DNA of 64,000 bases from Paecilomyces variotii (Eukaryota), in NCBI GenBank assembly GCA_004022145.1, contig RCNU01000002.1; one strand, given 5' to 3'. A model generated the notes under the pieces. It was not told where the DNA came from. It saw only the letters and a program-made list of their open reading frames with translations, and searched no databases. Of the stretch, positions 14,369-26,870 are shown piece by piece; position 1 is the stretch's first letter; each line of letters opens with the position of its first letter. Made by a program: the position numbers and the translations under genes.

Positions 14369-14401
14369 CATGGCAGTGGCATGGCAGTGGCATGGCAGTG
14401 G
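14369..14401. repeat. 11-bp tandem repeat CATGGCAGTGG x3
   Basis: Direct reading, ~100 bp upstream of the transporter ATG. Confidence 0.85.
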
Positions 14402-14443
14402 ATGGCAAAGATTGGCTGGTCAGAACTAGGCTATCATCCATGC

Positions 14444-15378
14444 CACGTTCCTATATCACCCTGAATGATTCGCGATACGGAACCCTACTCTATTCTTTCC
14501 AAGACGACTTGGCAATCGCCATCGCCTCTGGGCACTCAATTTGCCTTCTGAGGCGTCGACATTGGAACCGAGGCCGCGGGATGCAGTTGACAGACACACG
14601 ACTTCATTCTGAGCGAATAGAAACGCGAAATAGAGAGAGAGAAAAGAAACGTCAATTATAGAGACACAGCTTCCCTCTACAACAATCATCTCATACGGCG
14701 TGCCCCTGCTTTGGTTGTTCTTGTGAATCTCCTGTTCGTCTCGTATTGTTTGATAACTTGGCGGGCCAAGACGTGGACAGAAGCCCTTGGCGGAGCGTAA
14801 CTCTTGGCGTCGAAGATATCTAGAACTCTTGGCGGCGGCTTGGGCGGGCTTGAGCGGGCGTCGGCTCCTCCTATAAGACATTCCGATCCTCCCACGTGTT
14901 GGCCGGTTCTCTTTATCGTCTGGACTCTGGAGAGGAAAACGCCAACCCCACGGAACATTTACCATGTCAGCGGAGAATATTAATCTGAACAATAATAACG
15001 CAACGGTCGCATGCACCATGCCCGGACGACCGGAGAAGGAAACGTCTTGACCTGGACCACAATCACCCTGGAATGTCATCGTGAGCACTGACCTACGACC
15101 CCGATCATTGGAGCAGAACTTGTATGGGCTTCCACCGGCGCAGGGTCCATGACATTAGACAGACGCAAAGGCCAATTGGATATGATTGCACAGCCATCGC
15201 CTAGCCGGCGAATTTAACAGCAAGATGAGATCGTCACGAGCTTAGAAACTGGCCATACTGCATAGCTCAAAGCTCTCCTACTCTCAATTGCCATCCCATA
15301 TTCCGTGACCATGATCTGTGGGACGAGGGACCAAAAAGGCGCCGGAGCTTTTACTCGAATCTGAAGTCCCAGCACGTG
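14444..15378. promoter_or_regulatory. putative Pho4/NUC-1/PalcA bHLH sites upstream of the phosphate transporter
   Basis: CACGTT at 14444, CACGTG at 14893 and 15373. Confidence 0.55.
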
Positions 15379-16340
15379 GGGTTGGAAATGATCAGGTCGT
15401 CTTAGATATCTGGGCTGATTTTGTGTCTCCGCAGTCGAAAAATTGTCTCGTATTTAAGTCTCCGTGTTCATATCCAATGCTCCAACCTTCTCAGTTCGAA
15501 CACTGCGTTGACGAAGATACTCTTCTGCTCCTATGCTGGCCACCATCGCTATCCATATTACGTTGCATATACAGAGCCAGAGCATGTGCACTTCTAGATG
15601 TTTAGGGATCCCAATTTTCCGCAGCTGCGATTTGCTGTTTCGAGTGAAACATAAATCGGTCGTCTTCTTGGCTATTTCAAACAGTCATACCCGTCAGCAG
15701 GGTATTTCCCCCGGTGGCAAACTGTAGAAGGGTGATGGAGCTACTACTCTTCAGATTTGAGTTCTGTCCCATCATTACCAGTTTGTCCAATCTCTAAGCG
15801 GACTCATGATCTTTGTGGCCCATGCTATCTTCTAGTTCTTGTAGATATTCAGGGTTTTATTACCGTATTCAATGCTTTTCTACTATTCGTGCTTCCGTGC
15901 TCTTAGATCTTGACACTATTTTCCTATCGACTTATGATCTTAAAATTTATGTTATAGTTGTAACGCGAGGACCTGTGAACTCCCCCTTGCCGTTAGTTTT
16001 CCCGCATGCCCTCCAACCTGCAGACTATAAGAATCCATCCGCTCGCTGTCTCGATCTCTTTTGGACATAGCAGACAATCATGATTCTTTCGCCGAGTGGT
16101 CGTAATTATATGGCTCTGAGATTGTCTGTTTTAGTTTTGAACACAGAAAGGATTATCAGTGCCCAAATGCAGTGACGAGTTTGTCATATTGGCTCTGTAC
16201 ATGGGGCTTGTACTACGTAGCTGTATAGGGTCTCTACCAGAACGCCAAGACATCCCAACGACAGCTTTCGATGTGAACCGACCTTGTCACATCTATCGAC
16301 CGCAACGATCTTTCACCCCTGAAAGAATCAGTTATTCATC

Positions 16341-17260
16341 ATGGATCCCTCCACGCTTCCTTCTTTAAGCCATGATATTCTCCCATATAATTATCTACGG
16401 GAATCAACGATCAAGACGGTCGAAGACATGCGGTCCACTTGCCTGTCCCGAGACTTACCACGGTTTCAAATGCTATTCAACACGTGGCTCGCCGACAACT
16501 CTTGCCGCAACATAAACGAACTCAGTATGGTTATGATGGATGCTGTGGATTATGGCTGTGGAGGTATTGTTTCAGAATTATTACGCCGCGGAATGAAAAT
16601 GCATTTTACCTTCGCCTTGAGAGCTATCAGTCGAAAGTCGAAGGACATCCTAAGTATTTTCCTTGAGCATGGATGGAACATAAACGAGCCGATCAGTGAG
16701 ACAGAACCACCGATACTTGGGTAAGCATTATCAGGAGGTATGATAATTCACTTATTAACAGCACTTGTATCTGTAGGTATGCCATCAAAGACCCGGAGAT
16801 GACTATCTGGTTACTCGATCATGGAGCTGATCCTAATTCATCGTGCTCGATTGACCTCACGCCTGTGTCTTATGCCGTCGAATATGCCTCTGTTGATATT
16901 ATCAAACTGCTCTTCGACCGCGGTGCTGATATTCGCAAGGGACAACTCCTCCACCATGCCATTGAACGAGAAATCGACGTAATCGATGTGGTGGACATGC
17001 TTCTCAGACAAGGGGCTTCAATCAATGCGAAAATGTACCAGGACCATTATTTTTCCTGGAGACTATACTATTTCATGGGCCTTGGTACTCCCTTGCACAA
17101 AGCTGCAGAATTAGGAAAGATTGACCTCGTTCGCTACTTGATCAGCCAAGGAGCAGATGTGAATCTTAAGGATGCAATCGGTCAAACAGCTCTACAGTGT
17201 GCAGCTAAGCGTGGCCATTCTCATATTGTTGATCTGTTGCAGTCCGGAGCCGAGAAATGA
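16341..17260 (+). CDS. ankyrin-repeat protein, 2 exons
   Basis: WLLDHGADPN, TPVSYAV, GTPLHKAA, GQTALQCAA repeats; intron 16721-16776 joins ORFs 16341 and 16799 in frame. Confidence 0.9.
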
Positions 17261-18142
17261 TACAGTTGATGCCTGTCGGATAATATCGGATAATATCCTG
17301 ACCGTGAAATTACGGAGATTTTTAGATTAATGTCAGGAGCTTCAAGAAGGAGTCTGACAGTTGTTAGCCGGGATCATGTCAGTGTTTGGAATGACACTCG
17401 GATAGTCGTTCTGTGTATCATGAGAGTTCCAATTCTCTTGCGATGCGGGACGGTATTTTTATATTTCGCGCCAGTCAGCTAAGTTTGTCGAGATCATGAG
17501 TCCTACCTGCTATTCGACAGCAGCATGGTGTGATATATAACATTCTAACTCGTTGAATTTGTGACTTCGATTCCCCATTGGAGATTGCGTCCATTGCAAA
17601 TATCATGTTTCCACGGACATTGAAAGGAAGATCTTGATGAGGAGGAATCGTAGCTCCGCTTTGAGGCGTGTACGGTGACTTTTAGATGAGAATGGTATAT
17701 GATACTTGAACAGTTATTCGATGGTGATGTCGTAGTAGAAATAATTAGGAAGTTCTATCCATAGTGTTATGAGGTACAGTGGTGATTTGATTTTCATCAC
17801 AAGGCAGTCGATGTGTGGCTGGCTGAAATGGGCGATCTTCTTCTTATCGACGCGTCACAACAGCTCCACAACAGCACAGTTCCAGCAATACACAAGCCCT
17901 CTGTGGCTCAAAATAAAATCAACTCGACGAGACTAGAGGGAACTTGATTTTCTGTTGCTATAGTTCATGCAAGGATCTTCAGCACTACTTTGCAAAATCA
18001 GGGTCTTAGCGGACCAGTCAAGAAGCTATCTAAGGTAACTGCAGATCTTCCTGCGGAACTACTGTACATATATCGTCTCTGCCTCACACTTGCTAGTCTA
18101 GGAACCATCAATATTTTCAATTTTCTTTGCTCCGTCGGCAGC

Positions 18143-19526
18143 ATGGTCCATCTCAGTCTTTCTCTCTGGCGCTTTTGTCTCCTTTCCCTTCCGCTTGCCT
18201 CTTCCTTATCTATTCCCCAAAAGGCTATCGTGGAAGAGTCAGAAGATAGCACGCTCATCCGGGATCTCGTAATCGATGATGCTGAGCTCAATATAACTGA
18301 TTACACGTCTCTGGATGAGTGGAACCCGGCAGAATGGGACTACGATGTTGTCATTGTCGGTGGTGGCCCTGCCGGGTTGGCTGCATCCATGTCTCTCGCT
18401 CGAGTTGCCCGAACATCCCTCTTGTATGATTCGCAAGAGTACCGGAATGAGCAGACACGATACATGCACGATGTATTGGGCCAGGATGGTAAGTCTTGTC
18501 CTTTCCATATGACGAAGGATTCCGGGCTGATTCTATATTTAGGTCAGGTACCATTAAAATTCCGATCGACAGTTCGCCAGCAGATCGAGCAATTGTATCC
18601 TGATTACTCTTTCTGGGCCACACGCAAGACAAAGGTTATTGGCATTGTTCCACTCGAAAAGGGATTCCGGGTCTACGACGACAAAGGCGGAAAGGTCACC
18701 TCGAAGAGGGTCATCATGGCCACGGGTATCAAGGACGTACTACCTGATAAGCCAGGCTTTGCGGAAGCTTTTGGCAGAGGCATGTTTTGGTGTCCCTGGT
18801 GTGATGGACACGACTATAAGAATCGCAAGCTAGTCGTGTATGGTAAGCTTGCAAGTGCCATTGGCTCTGCGCTGAACATGAGGAAGTTGACTACCGATAT
18901 AACCATCGTTACTGGCGGCCCGCTAAGCAAAGAGGACAAGGAGGCAGCAGAAACACGTTGGCCGGGTTGGGAAACAGTCCTCAAGAATTCCTATAAGATC
19001 CCTATTCGGGAAAATGACATTACCAAGGTTGAACGTACTACGACGAGTATGGAACCCAAGGATGATCAGTATAAGGTCTACCTCAATGGTGGTGGTCCGT
19101 TGGACGCGAATGGAATCATAATCCACGTGTCTACTGTTCAGACGTCCAGTCTTCCCAAGCAGCTGCGTTTGAATATGGATGGGAATGGGGTCAAAGTCAA
19201 TGACAACAAGGAGTCAAGCGTTAATGGCCTATATGTTGTTGGTGATGCCAACAATGATGGTAGCACCAATGCTTACCACGCCATGTGGAGTGCGAAGCGT
19301 GCTGCAGTCCACGCCCACGGTAGGCATTCCCAGTAGACTTCTTTCAGCAGATCTTTTACTAACCGGACTAGTCTCTATGTCGAAACAGGAATACCTGGAC
19401 AGCGTTCCTTCAGCCATGGTGGCAGTGGCAGGAGGACATGAAGACTTCTACCGCCGCCAAATGGAAGAGCTTGAGTCTCATATTGGAGACGATGTCGAGC
19501 AAATGTACAAGGCGCTTGGTGGCTGA
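18143..19526 (+). CDS. secreted FAD-dependent disulfide oxidoreductase (TrxB/GliT-like), 3 exons
   Basis: Signal-peptide-like MVHLSLSLWRFCLLSLPLASS; GGGPAG FAD motif, ATG motif, redox CPWC, GLYVVGDA; introns 18489-18542 and ~19320-19372. Confidence 0.88.
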
Positions 19527-19890
19527 AATGTAAGGTCTCTAAATCGAGGAAAAGCTTTCAACCGATGGTAGACCGTCTAGTGAAATGGTTTCTAGAGGAA
19601 ACCAAAGAGTATATAAGTGATGGCATGATTTTTTTGTATCCTATCATGTATGTACGTATTGCAGGACTTTAGGTCAATAGAAAAATAGTGTCAGAGGCGT
19701 CGCTACATGAAATCCCGTCTTATTGGTCCTTTGAACTGCAACGCCACGTGATACTTACCGCCTTCCTTTTCTGGAACCGTAAACACTCTCCTAGATACAC
19801 GAGTTCGCGTCTGCTTCAATTAACTACCTATTAACTGCACCCCTTTAGCCGCGCTTCTTCCGCGATTAATTCGCCTATTTATTATTTATT

Positions 19891-20571
19891 ATGTCTTCGA
19901 CCTCGAAGACCTGCAGTAACTGCGCGAAAGATTTACCTCTATCTGAATTTGTCCCTCTCAGGGGTTTAAAACCCACTGCCGTATGCCTACGCTGCCGTGA
20001 AATCGTGAGTCCTCGTTTTCCTCGCCATTCCTGCGGCTAATAATGCTCCGGGTAGGCACGCCGATCACGGCTTAAAAGGATTGCTAGGGATGCTGCTTTG
20101 AATAAAGATTGTAGGCCTTCCCCTACCTTGTATTGTCGCGCCATACACAGTTCTGATAGCTTGAATCTGGCAGGTGTCCGGTGGCGTCACACCACTGTTC
20201 GACGCGACAATCGAGTTGCTCGTCGCGCTGGTGACGCTCCTCGTTACCTTCGTGCTTTGGCCCCTGCTCCGACAAAGTCACTTGCTCATCTCGCTGGCGA
20301 TGGTCCTCATTCCCTTTCTTCTCTAGCTCCTGCTCCGACAAAGTCACCAGCTCATCGCGCTGGTGATGGTCCTCATTCTCTTTCTTCTCTAGCTCCTGCT
20401 CCGACAGAGTCACCAGCTCATCGCGCTGGCGATGGTCCTCGTTTTCTTCGTGCTTTAGCTCCTGCTCCGACAAAGTCACCTGCCACAACAACTAACAAGG
20501 AAGGCGATAATCGTTCAAGTGACATTACTTCTGAAAGGACTAATCTCACTGGCGTAGAGGAAACGTCCTGA
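19891..20571 (+). CDS. small CxxC..CxxC zinc-finger protein with 22-aa tandem repeats (possibly element-derived)
   Basis: Exon1 19891-20004 MSSTSKTCSNCAKDLPLSEFVPLRGLKPTAVCLRCREI; intron 20005-20055 (gtgagt..gctaa..tag); exon2 in frame with ORF 20098. Confidence 0.55.
20217..20482. repeat. 66-bp minisatellite, ~4 copies
   Basis: Unit ~gctcatcgcgctggtgatggtcctcattctctttcttctctagctcctgctccgacaaagtcacca = AHRAGDGPHSLSSLAPAPTKSP. Confidence 0.92.
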
Positions 20572-20659
20572 TATATCTACAGTTCCGCTGCTTAACGCTC
20601 AACGATCAATAAGGAGTCAGGTAATGCTTGCGCCAGAGACTTCTGTCTCCTACCACCTG

Positions 20660-20930
20660 CATATGTCCATCATTGGGGCTATTTTTGAGGCCAGACACAA
20701 ATGATGGTATATCAAGCCCTGCAAGGCCAAGCACCCATCCTTAAAGTTTTTGGTTGGGTGGATCACAAGAGCCAGGGAGTTATCCATATGGCCTTTATTG
20801 AGGACGAAACTTTGCAGGAAAAACAGGGTAGTATGGGTAAAGATAAGAAATAAGCCGTCTGCAAGGAACATAAGGGCATAATGAAGGTATGGAGAACTTT
20901 GAAGCAAGATAGACATAAACATTACATCAG
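20660..20930 (+). pseudogene. degenerate fragment of fungal APH/kinase-like phosphotransferase gene
   Basis: QMMVYQALQGQAPILKVFGWVDHKSQGVIHMAFIEDETLQEKQGSMGKDKK*AVCKEHKGIMKVWRTLKQ resembles the 'P.PeVfGW...iyM..IeG.TL.e.W' pattern; in-frame stop; K in place of expected E suggests G>A decay. Confidence 0.6.
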
Positions 20931-21009
20931 TGAGTCCCTTGCAGTACATTAAACAAGCAGACCTAATAAGAGACTTTCGGGCAGCCTAACAAGCAATCTA
21001 GATTTCGCT

Positions 21010-21377
21010 GGGCCATACTGCGACGGAATATCGCTGGGGTACATGTGCAGGCACTGGCGGTCCAGGTTCCAGGCCTCAAAGTGGCCTATCGTGAAGAACT
21101 CGTCCGGACCGGCCGACTTGATCACATCGAAGCTAGATTTGGAGATGCAGCCGTTGCTGCCAGGCTGGGCAGTATTTTACAGAAGTTGGAGGTGATGGAG
21201 CATTGGCCCCAGATATCACAGCACACATCGATTGGGCACAGGTTTAGGTCCGGCTAGCCGGTGTAGTCGCGCACATATCGTTGGACTAGTCACTGCACCG
21301 TGTATGTATAGCAGGCGCCGTTAGCGTAGGGCTGCAGCACTGGAGTAATCAACAAGAAGGTTTGACTGGTAGTAGTC
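21010..21377 (-). pseudogene. decayed, internally deleted paralogous fragment of the neighbouring GH18 chitinase (LysM/CBM18/start of GH18)
   Basis: Nucleotide match to ~25560-26148 (e.g. cgtgaagaactcgtccggaccggccgac, cattggccccagatatcacagca, gtatgtatagcagg) with deletions and stops. Confidence 0.9.
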
Positions 21378-21583
21378 GCATCTGACATAATGTGTATCCG
21401 CAACCGTCGTTTCCACTCGATGGCCTGTATTAGTTAACACATTCTATAGCAGTCTAGGTATTTAGGCGTAGACCTTCAAATATAGAAGCTTTATATAATG
21501 ATTCCTTATTAGTAGATGCCCGATGCACTATATAACTATATAATATTTTTATCCTCGATACCTTCTTATAATAAGAAGAATAG
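21378..21583. repeat. ~200-bp diverged direct repeat, copy 1 (AT-enriched)
   Basis: gcatctgacat..tccgcaaccgtcgtttcca..gatggcctgtatta..gataccttcttataa.aagaagaatagag matches 28907-29109. Confidence 0.9.
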
Positions 21584-22070
21584 AGTAGCCGGGTTAGCGA
21601 AGACCGACTACTAGGAGAGTTATAAGGAGCTCTAAAAACCATATCAAACATACAAGATAAGGGCAAGGCTTTGTCTTTATTTAAAAACGATATCTTGGGA
21701 ATTTTGCCCGGCTTTATATATAAGACTATAACTATATAACTCAGTAATTTATCTAGCACCTGCAGTGTGCGAGGAGCAAAAATCCATATCAAATAGTGTT
21801 ATAATCTAAGACCAGGCGAGTAAGTAATAATAACAGTAGGAAAGGATTTGTGACGTTAAATATTAGTGATTTGAAAAAGTAGAAGATCTGTAAATTATCT
21901 ATGCCCTTGAACTTTATCCTAATTACTTACTTACTACCTAGGGTGTTATTTTGATAGTTATTTAATAGCTTTCTGCCAGTCGACCAAAAAGGAGAACTCC
22001 TAGTGCGGTCTATCTGGATCTCTAACATTATATTTAAGTATTATTTTTTTTTACTGTGAATATATTTACT

Positions 22071-25000
22071 TTACTTCTTTGTCGTGACGGACTGGTTCGA
22101 GCCCGATGAGACGCCGATGCAGACGTAGTCGCCGAGGGCGAGATACAGGCACTTGGAGCCGACGGCGGGATTCCAGGCGTAGAAGTCACTCAAGGAGATA
22201 CCAGCCACGTCCGCCACGCTGGCACAGGTGTCATTAGTCACCACGAGGTGGAAGTCATCGCAGTCGCTGGATCAGAAAGAAGGTTAGATGCAAAGAGGCA
22301 CAAGACAAGAGAGCGCGAGATTGGCCTTACCTGACCATGCCCGTCTGGATGGGGGACGGTGTTGAGACCTTGGTGCCCGACGACGTAGTCTTCGAGGCCG
22401 ATCTTGATGCCGAGAACGGCGTAGACGAAGCCTTTGAGGCACGCGAAGCTGTCCACCCCGGCATGGCTGACGAGGTTGAGGCCAACGACGAGGTCGTGCT
22501 GCTCTTGGGGATCACCGAAGTGAGCGTAACCATGACCGCCGTGGTCTGGGTGGACGTCCACGTCAACGTCACAGTCCCATTGTCGCTGGGCCACGACATG
22601 GGCGTGTAGGTGTAGCCAGATTTGTTTGAAGAGTATGAGTATGGGAGCGACAGTGACCTGGGCGGTACGGGCGTGTCGAGCGTCTGGCTGCGCTTGGCGG
22701 GGCGTAGGAGCTCTTCTGCGTCCACGTCGTCCACGGGGAGGTTATCGTCGTAATCATCCTCATCGTCAGTTGCCATGCCTCCCTCCAGCCCCTGGCACGA
22801 GAGCTTGGGCCCGCCGGCCGACACAATGGCGCGCTCGACGCAGCCATCCTTGATAAAGTAGGGCAGGTTAAAGTAGACGTGCGCCAGCTCTGTGTCGGTA
22901 GCTTCGTGCCACTTCCAGCCCGTCAGCGCACCGCAGCCGTCCTCTTGCTTGTGCAATGCCTTGCCGCCGTCGGTGGCCCAGTTCTGGATATTGTAGATTT
23001 CAAAGGCCCAGGCGACGACCACGTCCCGGAAGACACAGTCCGCCATCTCCGCCGGTGTCACCACCACCGTCTGTGTCGGCGTCACCGTCACCGTCGCCGT
23101 GCTGGTGACCTGGGTGATAGACGTGCAGCCGCCCAGCTTCGTGCAGCCCACCTGCGACTGGCCCAGCCACGTGCACACGTTGCAGTTGCTCGTGATGGTC
23201 TCGTAGTTCATCCCGACACTGGTGGTCTCTGCCGGCAGCGCTGTGTAGGCGCATGAGTTGCCGGGGTCGACCGACGTCGTCTGAGGCGCAAACGTCGACC
23301 CTGAGCATACACAGTATTCTGGAAGAGGGTTCAGCAGGCAATGTCTATATGCATGGAGAAGGGTTTGGGGGAGGGGGGAGAACATACGCGCTGTGATGCC
23401 CTGGTCAGGATCTTGGCCTTGGTAGGTACATGGGATATAGGACGCCGCGGCCGACGACGTCTGCGAGACGGCCCCGGTGCCAGTGATGTACGTGTAGCCG
23501 AACTGACCACCAGCGCCGAGTCGCGGCGGGTCGCCTGCCGGGTTGGCCACGGTCCAGTAGGCATCCTGAAGCACTGTTGTCCAGTAGCAGTTGTAAGTGG
23601 TGTTGTAGGCGGTGGTGGTCGTGCCAGAGGCCTGGCAACCCGACGTCTTCTCGCAGGTGGCGCTGGAGCACGTCGTCGTCGCCGACGTGCCGTAGTTGGT
23701 GACGGAGCACGGCACCTCACAGTTGGTGTACGTGCGCGTGGTTGAGCATGAGGTCGATGTGTTGTCGTGGCCGTCGTCACCGCCGCCGCCGCTGTCGTTG
23801 TCGTCGTCGCCGCCGCAGCCGTCGCCAACACATCTACCGCCGCCAGGGCAGCTGTGGCCGATGCAGCCGCAGATACCGGTGCATGGCAGCGACGGTACGC
23901 AGTTAATATGGCACCGTGAGCCGCAGTGGCGCGTGCAGGTCGGCGACGGCGGTCCCTTGGTGACATGTACCGATCCGATATGCTTCGGAGGCGGCGGGTT
24001 GGGGGTATTGGTCGTGGTTGACGCGGCCGAGGGACCGGTATACGGGCCTGGCGAGTAGGTGTATAGGATGCCAGCGATTGTCGACGACGTCGTCGAGCTG
24101 GCTGAGCTGGCTGAACTGGCTGAGCTGACGGGGTTGGTGGCCCCAGTCAACACGATAGATGGCATATACACGCTGCTGGTGAAGTAGATAATGGTTTCCT
24201 CAATGTCGGTCCACACGACGTTATAGACATCGATGGTCTCCGTGGTGACTGGCGGGACCGTGATGGTGGTCACCGTGGTGGTCGACAACACGACGACGCT
24301 GGTGACGCCACTGCTGTCCGTCACGGTGGACTGCCACATCTGCTGTAGGGTCTGGGTGACGGGCGGCTGCGAGATGGTCGTCGGGGTCGACAGCGTCCAT
24401 GGTGGCAACACAAAGGTGCACGGCGGGATGCAGGCAATGGTTGGGTCGGTCTCAGTGAATATGCCGGGGTCAATGAACACGACGCCTGAGCCGCCGCCCT
24501 CCTCGGTGCCATTGCTGTAGTAGCTGGTTTCGAGGTCCATGGCCCAGTCGGAGATACCTCCAAAGTTCATGCCCTGCACCCACGAGACGCGGTTGCTGTA
24601 CGTCGCGTTGGTGAGGTAGGACACCCACTGCGTGCCGTTGTAGACGACGATGTCGCCGGCCTCGTCCGAATAGTACTGCTGGACATCATTGCCAGGCGTA
24701 TTAAGGATCTGCTGGATCTCCCAGTTGCTGATGTAGCCAGCCGTGGCGGTGCACATGCCCGGGGTCGCGCCGCTGTCTGGGCCGACATAGGTGCACATCT
24801 GCGTGTAACAGCCGGCCTCGGTCATCTCGAAGCTGCGGCCGTAGAGGGGCATGCCGACCATGATCTTGTTGGAGGGGACGCCCGCCTTGGTGATCATGGA
24901 CAGCGCGGAGAGCGTCTCGGTCTTGTTGACCTGGGACCGGAGACAGTTGCCATCGGGGCAGCCAGGGCTGTGTGGAGGTAAGCAGGGAAGAATTGAAAAT

Positions 25001-26870
25001 GAAAACAATCAACAGAAAGAAAAAAAGAAAGAAAAGATCGAACAACTTACTCGCTGTACGAGTTGCTATAGTCCCACTGGCCGTGGAAATCGTAGGTCAT
25101 ATACACAATGTAATCGACAAGCTCGCCAATCTCCTGAATGGGAAAGTTGCGCAGGTACCAGTACGACGCCGGCGCGGCTATCGATACACTGTACTGGTCG
25201 GTGGGCAGACGCGCGCGAATCTCCTGCAAAAAGGCCAGGTAGTTGGCGCCATCCTCGGCGCTGCCCGCGGGGATGCCAGGGATGTCCGTCGCGCCGGGAT
25301 ACTCCCAGTCGAAGTCGATGCCGTCGAGGTTGTTGTCCTTGATGAACTGCACCAGGTTGCTCGCAAAGGTGGTCCGCTCAGCGGCCGTGACGCCCGAGCG
25401 GAAAATGGGATAGGTCTGCGGCGAGGTGGAAAAGCCCCAGCCGCCAAAGGACAGGATGTGTTTAAAGCCCCTCTGCGACTGCCACTCGCTGAAGAAGTCC
25501 TCGTAGTCGCCGAGGCTGACGGTGTAGTCGTCGCTGATGTTGGCAAAGGCAAAGTGCACATGGCTGTACCGCGACGGGATGTCGCTGGGGTACATATGCA
25601 GACATGGACGGTCCAGGTTCCAAGCCTCAAAGTAGCCCACCGTGAAGAACTCGTCCGGACCGGCCGACTCGATCACGTCGAAGCCACAGTTGGAGATGCA
25701 GCCGTTGCTGCCGGGCTGCGCAGTGCCCGGTGCCCCCGTGTCGGCCGGGGCGGCGGTGCAGAAGTCAGATGTGATGCCGCATTGGCCCCAGATATCACAG
25801 CAGGCATTGATCGGACATGGATTCAGGTCTGGCCAGCCGGTGTAGTTGGCCGTGGGCGTGGTATCGTTGACCTGTGGACCGCAGACGGCATTGGACACCG
25901 TGGCTGGGAAGGGAGGATTCCCTGGGCTGAGGCAGATCCTCTGGCCGACCAGCAGGTCGGAGCAGCCCATCCATCCCCAGGTATTGTTGTTGTTCTGCTC
26001 AATCACCGTGTAGCTCTCCTTGTGCGCCGTGGCAATCGACGCGCACGTATCGTTGGCCTGCACTGTGTATGTATAGCAGGTGCCGTTGGCGTAGGGCTGC
26101 GGCACTGGAGCGATCGACGAGGAGCGTACCGGTTTCACTGGTAGCAGTTTTATTTTAGCATTGCTGCTGCTGCTGCTGTTGCTGCTATTTCTGTCTGCGA
26201 GACAGTGGCCGGACGCCCATGTGGCCAGGGCCGCCTGCACGGACGAGATATTGCCCTGTGTGTCCAGGACGATGCCGAAGAACTGGCTGTTGTCTGTGCC
26301 ACAGTACTGCACCGTCTGGGCGTGAGGTTTACTCTGCCGTACAACGTCGACCGCACTGCTCACATCGATGCCGGGACCAATATATATCCCAGCCACAGCG
26401 CCGCCGCCGGATGCCAACAGGCTGGACACCCACGGGTTGCTCTGCACATAGGCGGCCAGCTGCGTCGTCAGGATAGAGGTATCACTATCACTATCAATAT
26501 CAATATCGCTATCAAGATTACCCCAGGATAGCGCGTCGGCCCGGCCCGTCGCGGTGGCTTTAACCCGGCCATCTACCGCAGCCGTGCAGGCCCGGATCGT
26601 GATATGTCTCTGGGGGTCATCCACGGGATTGTACAAATTCATGTCGAAGAGAACGGTCTGGTTGCAGATGGCCAAGACGTCGAGGCTGTGGTACTGCGTC
26701 CAGCCGGCCGGGTCGCTGCCCAGCACGCTGCAGGCGTCTGGACAGCGAGACTGCGCCGACGAGTATGAGTATACAGGGCTGGCATCAGACACGGCGAGCA
26801 GCGCCAGAAGGACAAAAGAGAAGAGTCGGCCATGGCCGCACGGCCAGCAAGAAGCTCGAGAGAAAGCCAT
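22071..26870 (-). CDS. killer-toxin-like subgroup C GH18 chitinase: signal peptide, LysM, CBM18, GH18, Thr/Cys-rich region, conserved Cys domain, C-terminal LysM (~1527 aa, 4 exons)
   Basis: LysM TCYTYTVQANDTCASIA; CBM18 CPINACCDIWGQCGITSDFC; SFGGW and DGIDFDWEYP catalytic motif; introns 25050-24968, 23387-23319, 22330-22267; last exon SDCDDFHLVVTNDTCASVA..FYAWNPAVGSKC..VCIGV (LysM); stop at 22071. Confidence 0.93.

Noticed and set aside
17276..17297. TCGGATAATA tandem duplication after the ankyrin gene
   Set aside because: Only two short copies in a 3' flank; no support for function
20217..20482. CRISPR-like array
   Set aside because: Contiguous 66-bp tandem units without unique spacers, in a eukaryote; coding minisatellite
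24972..26144. Long + strand ORFs overlapping the chitinase (and similar antisense ORFs at 29581-30539)
   Set aside because: Antisense shadows of GC-rich coding sequence with no recognisable motifs
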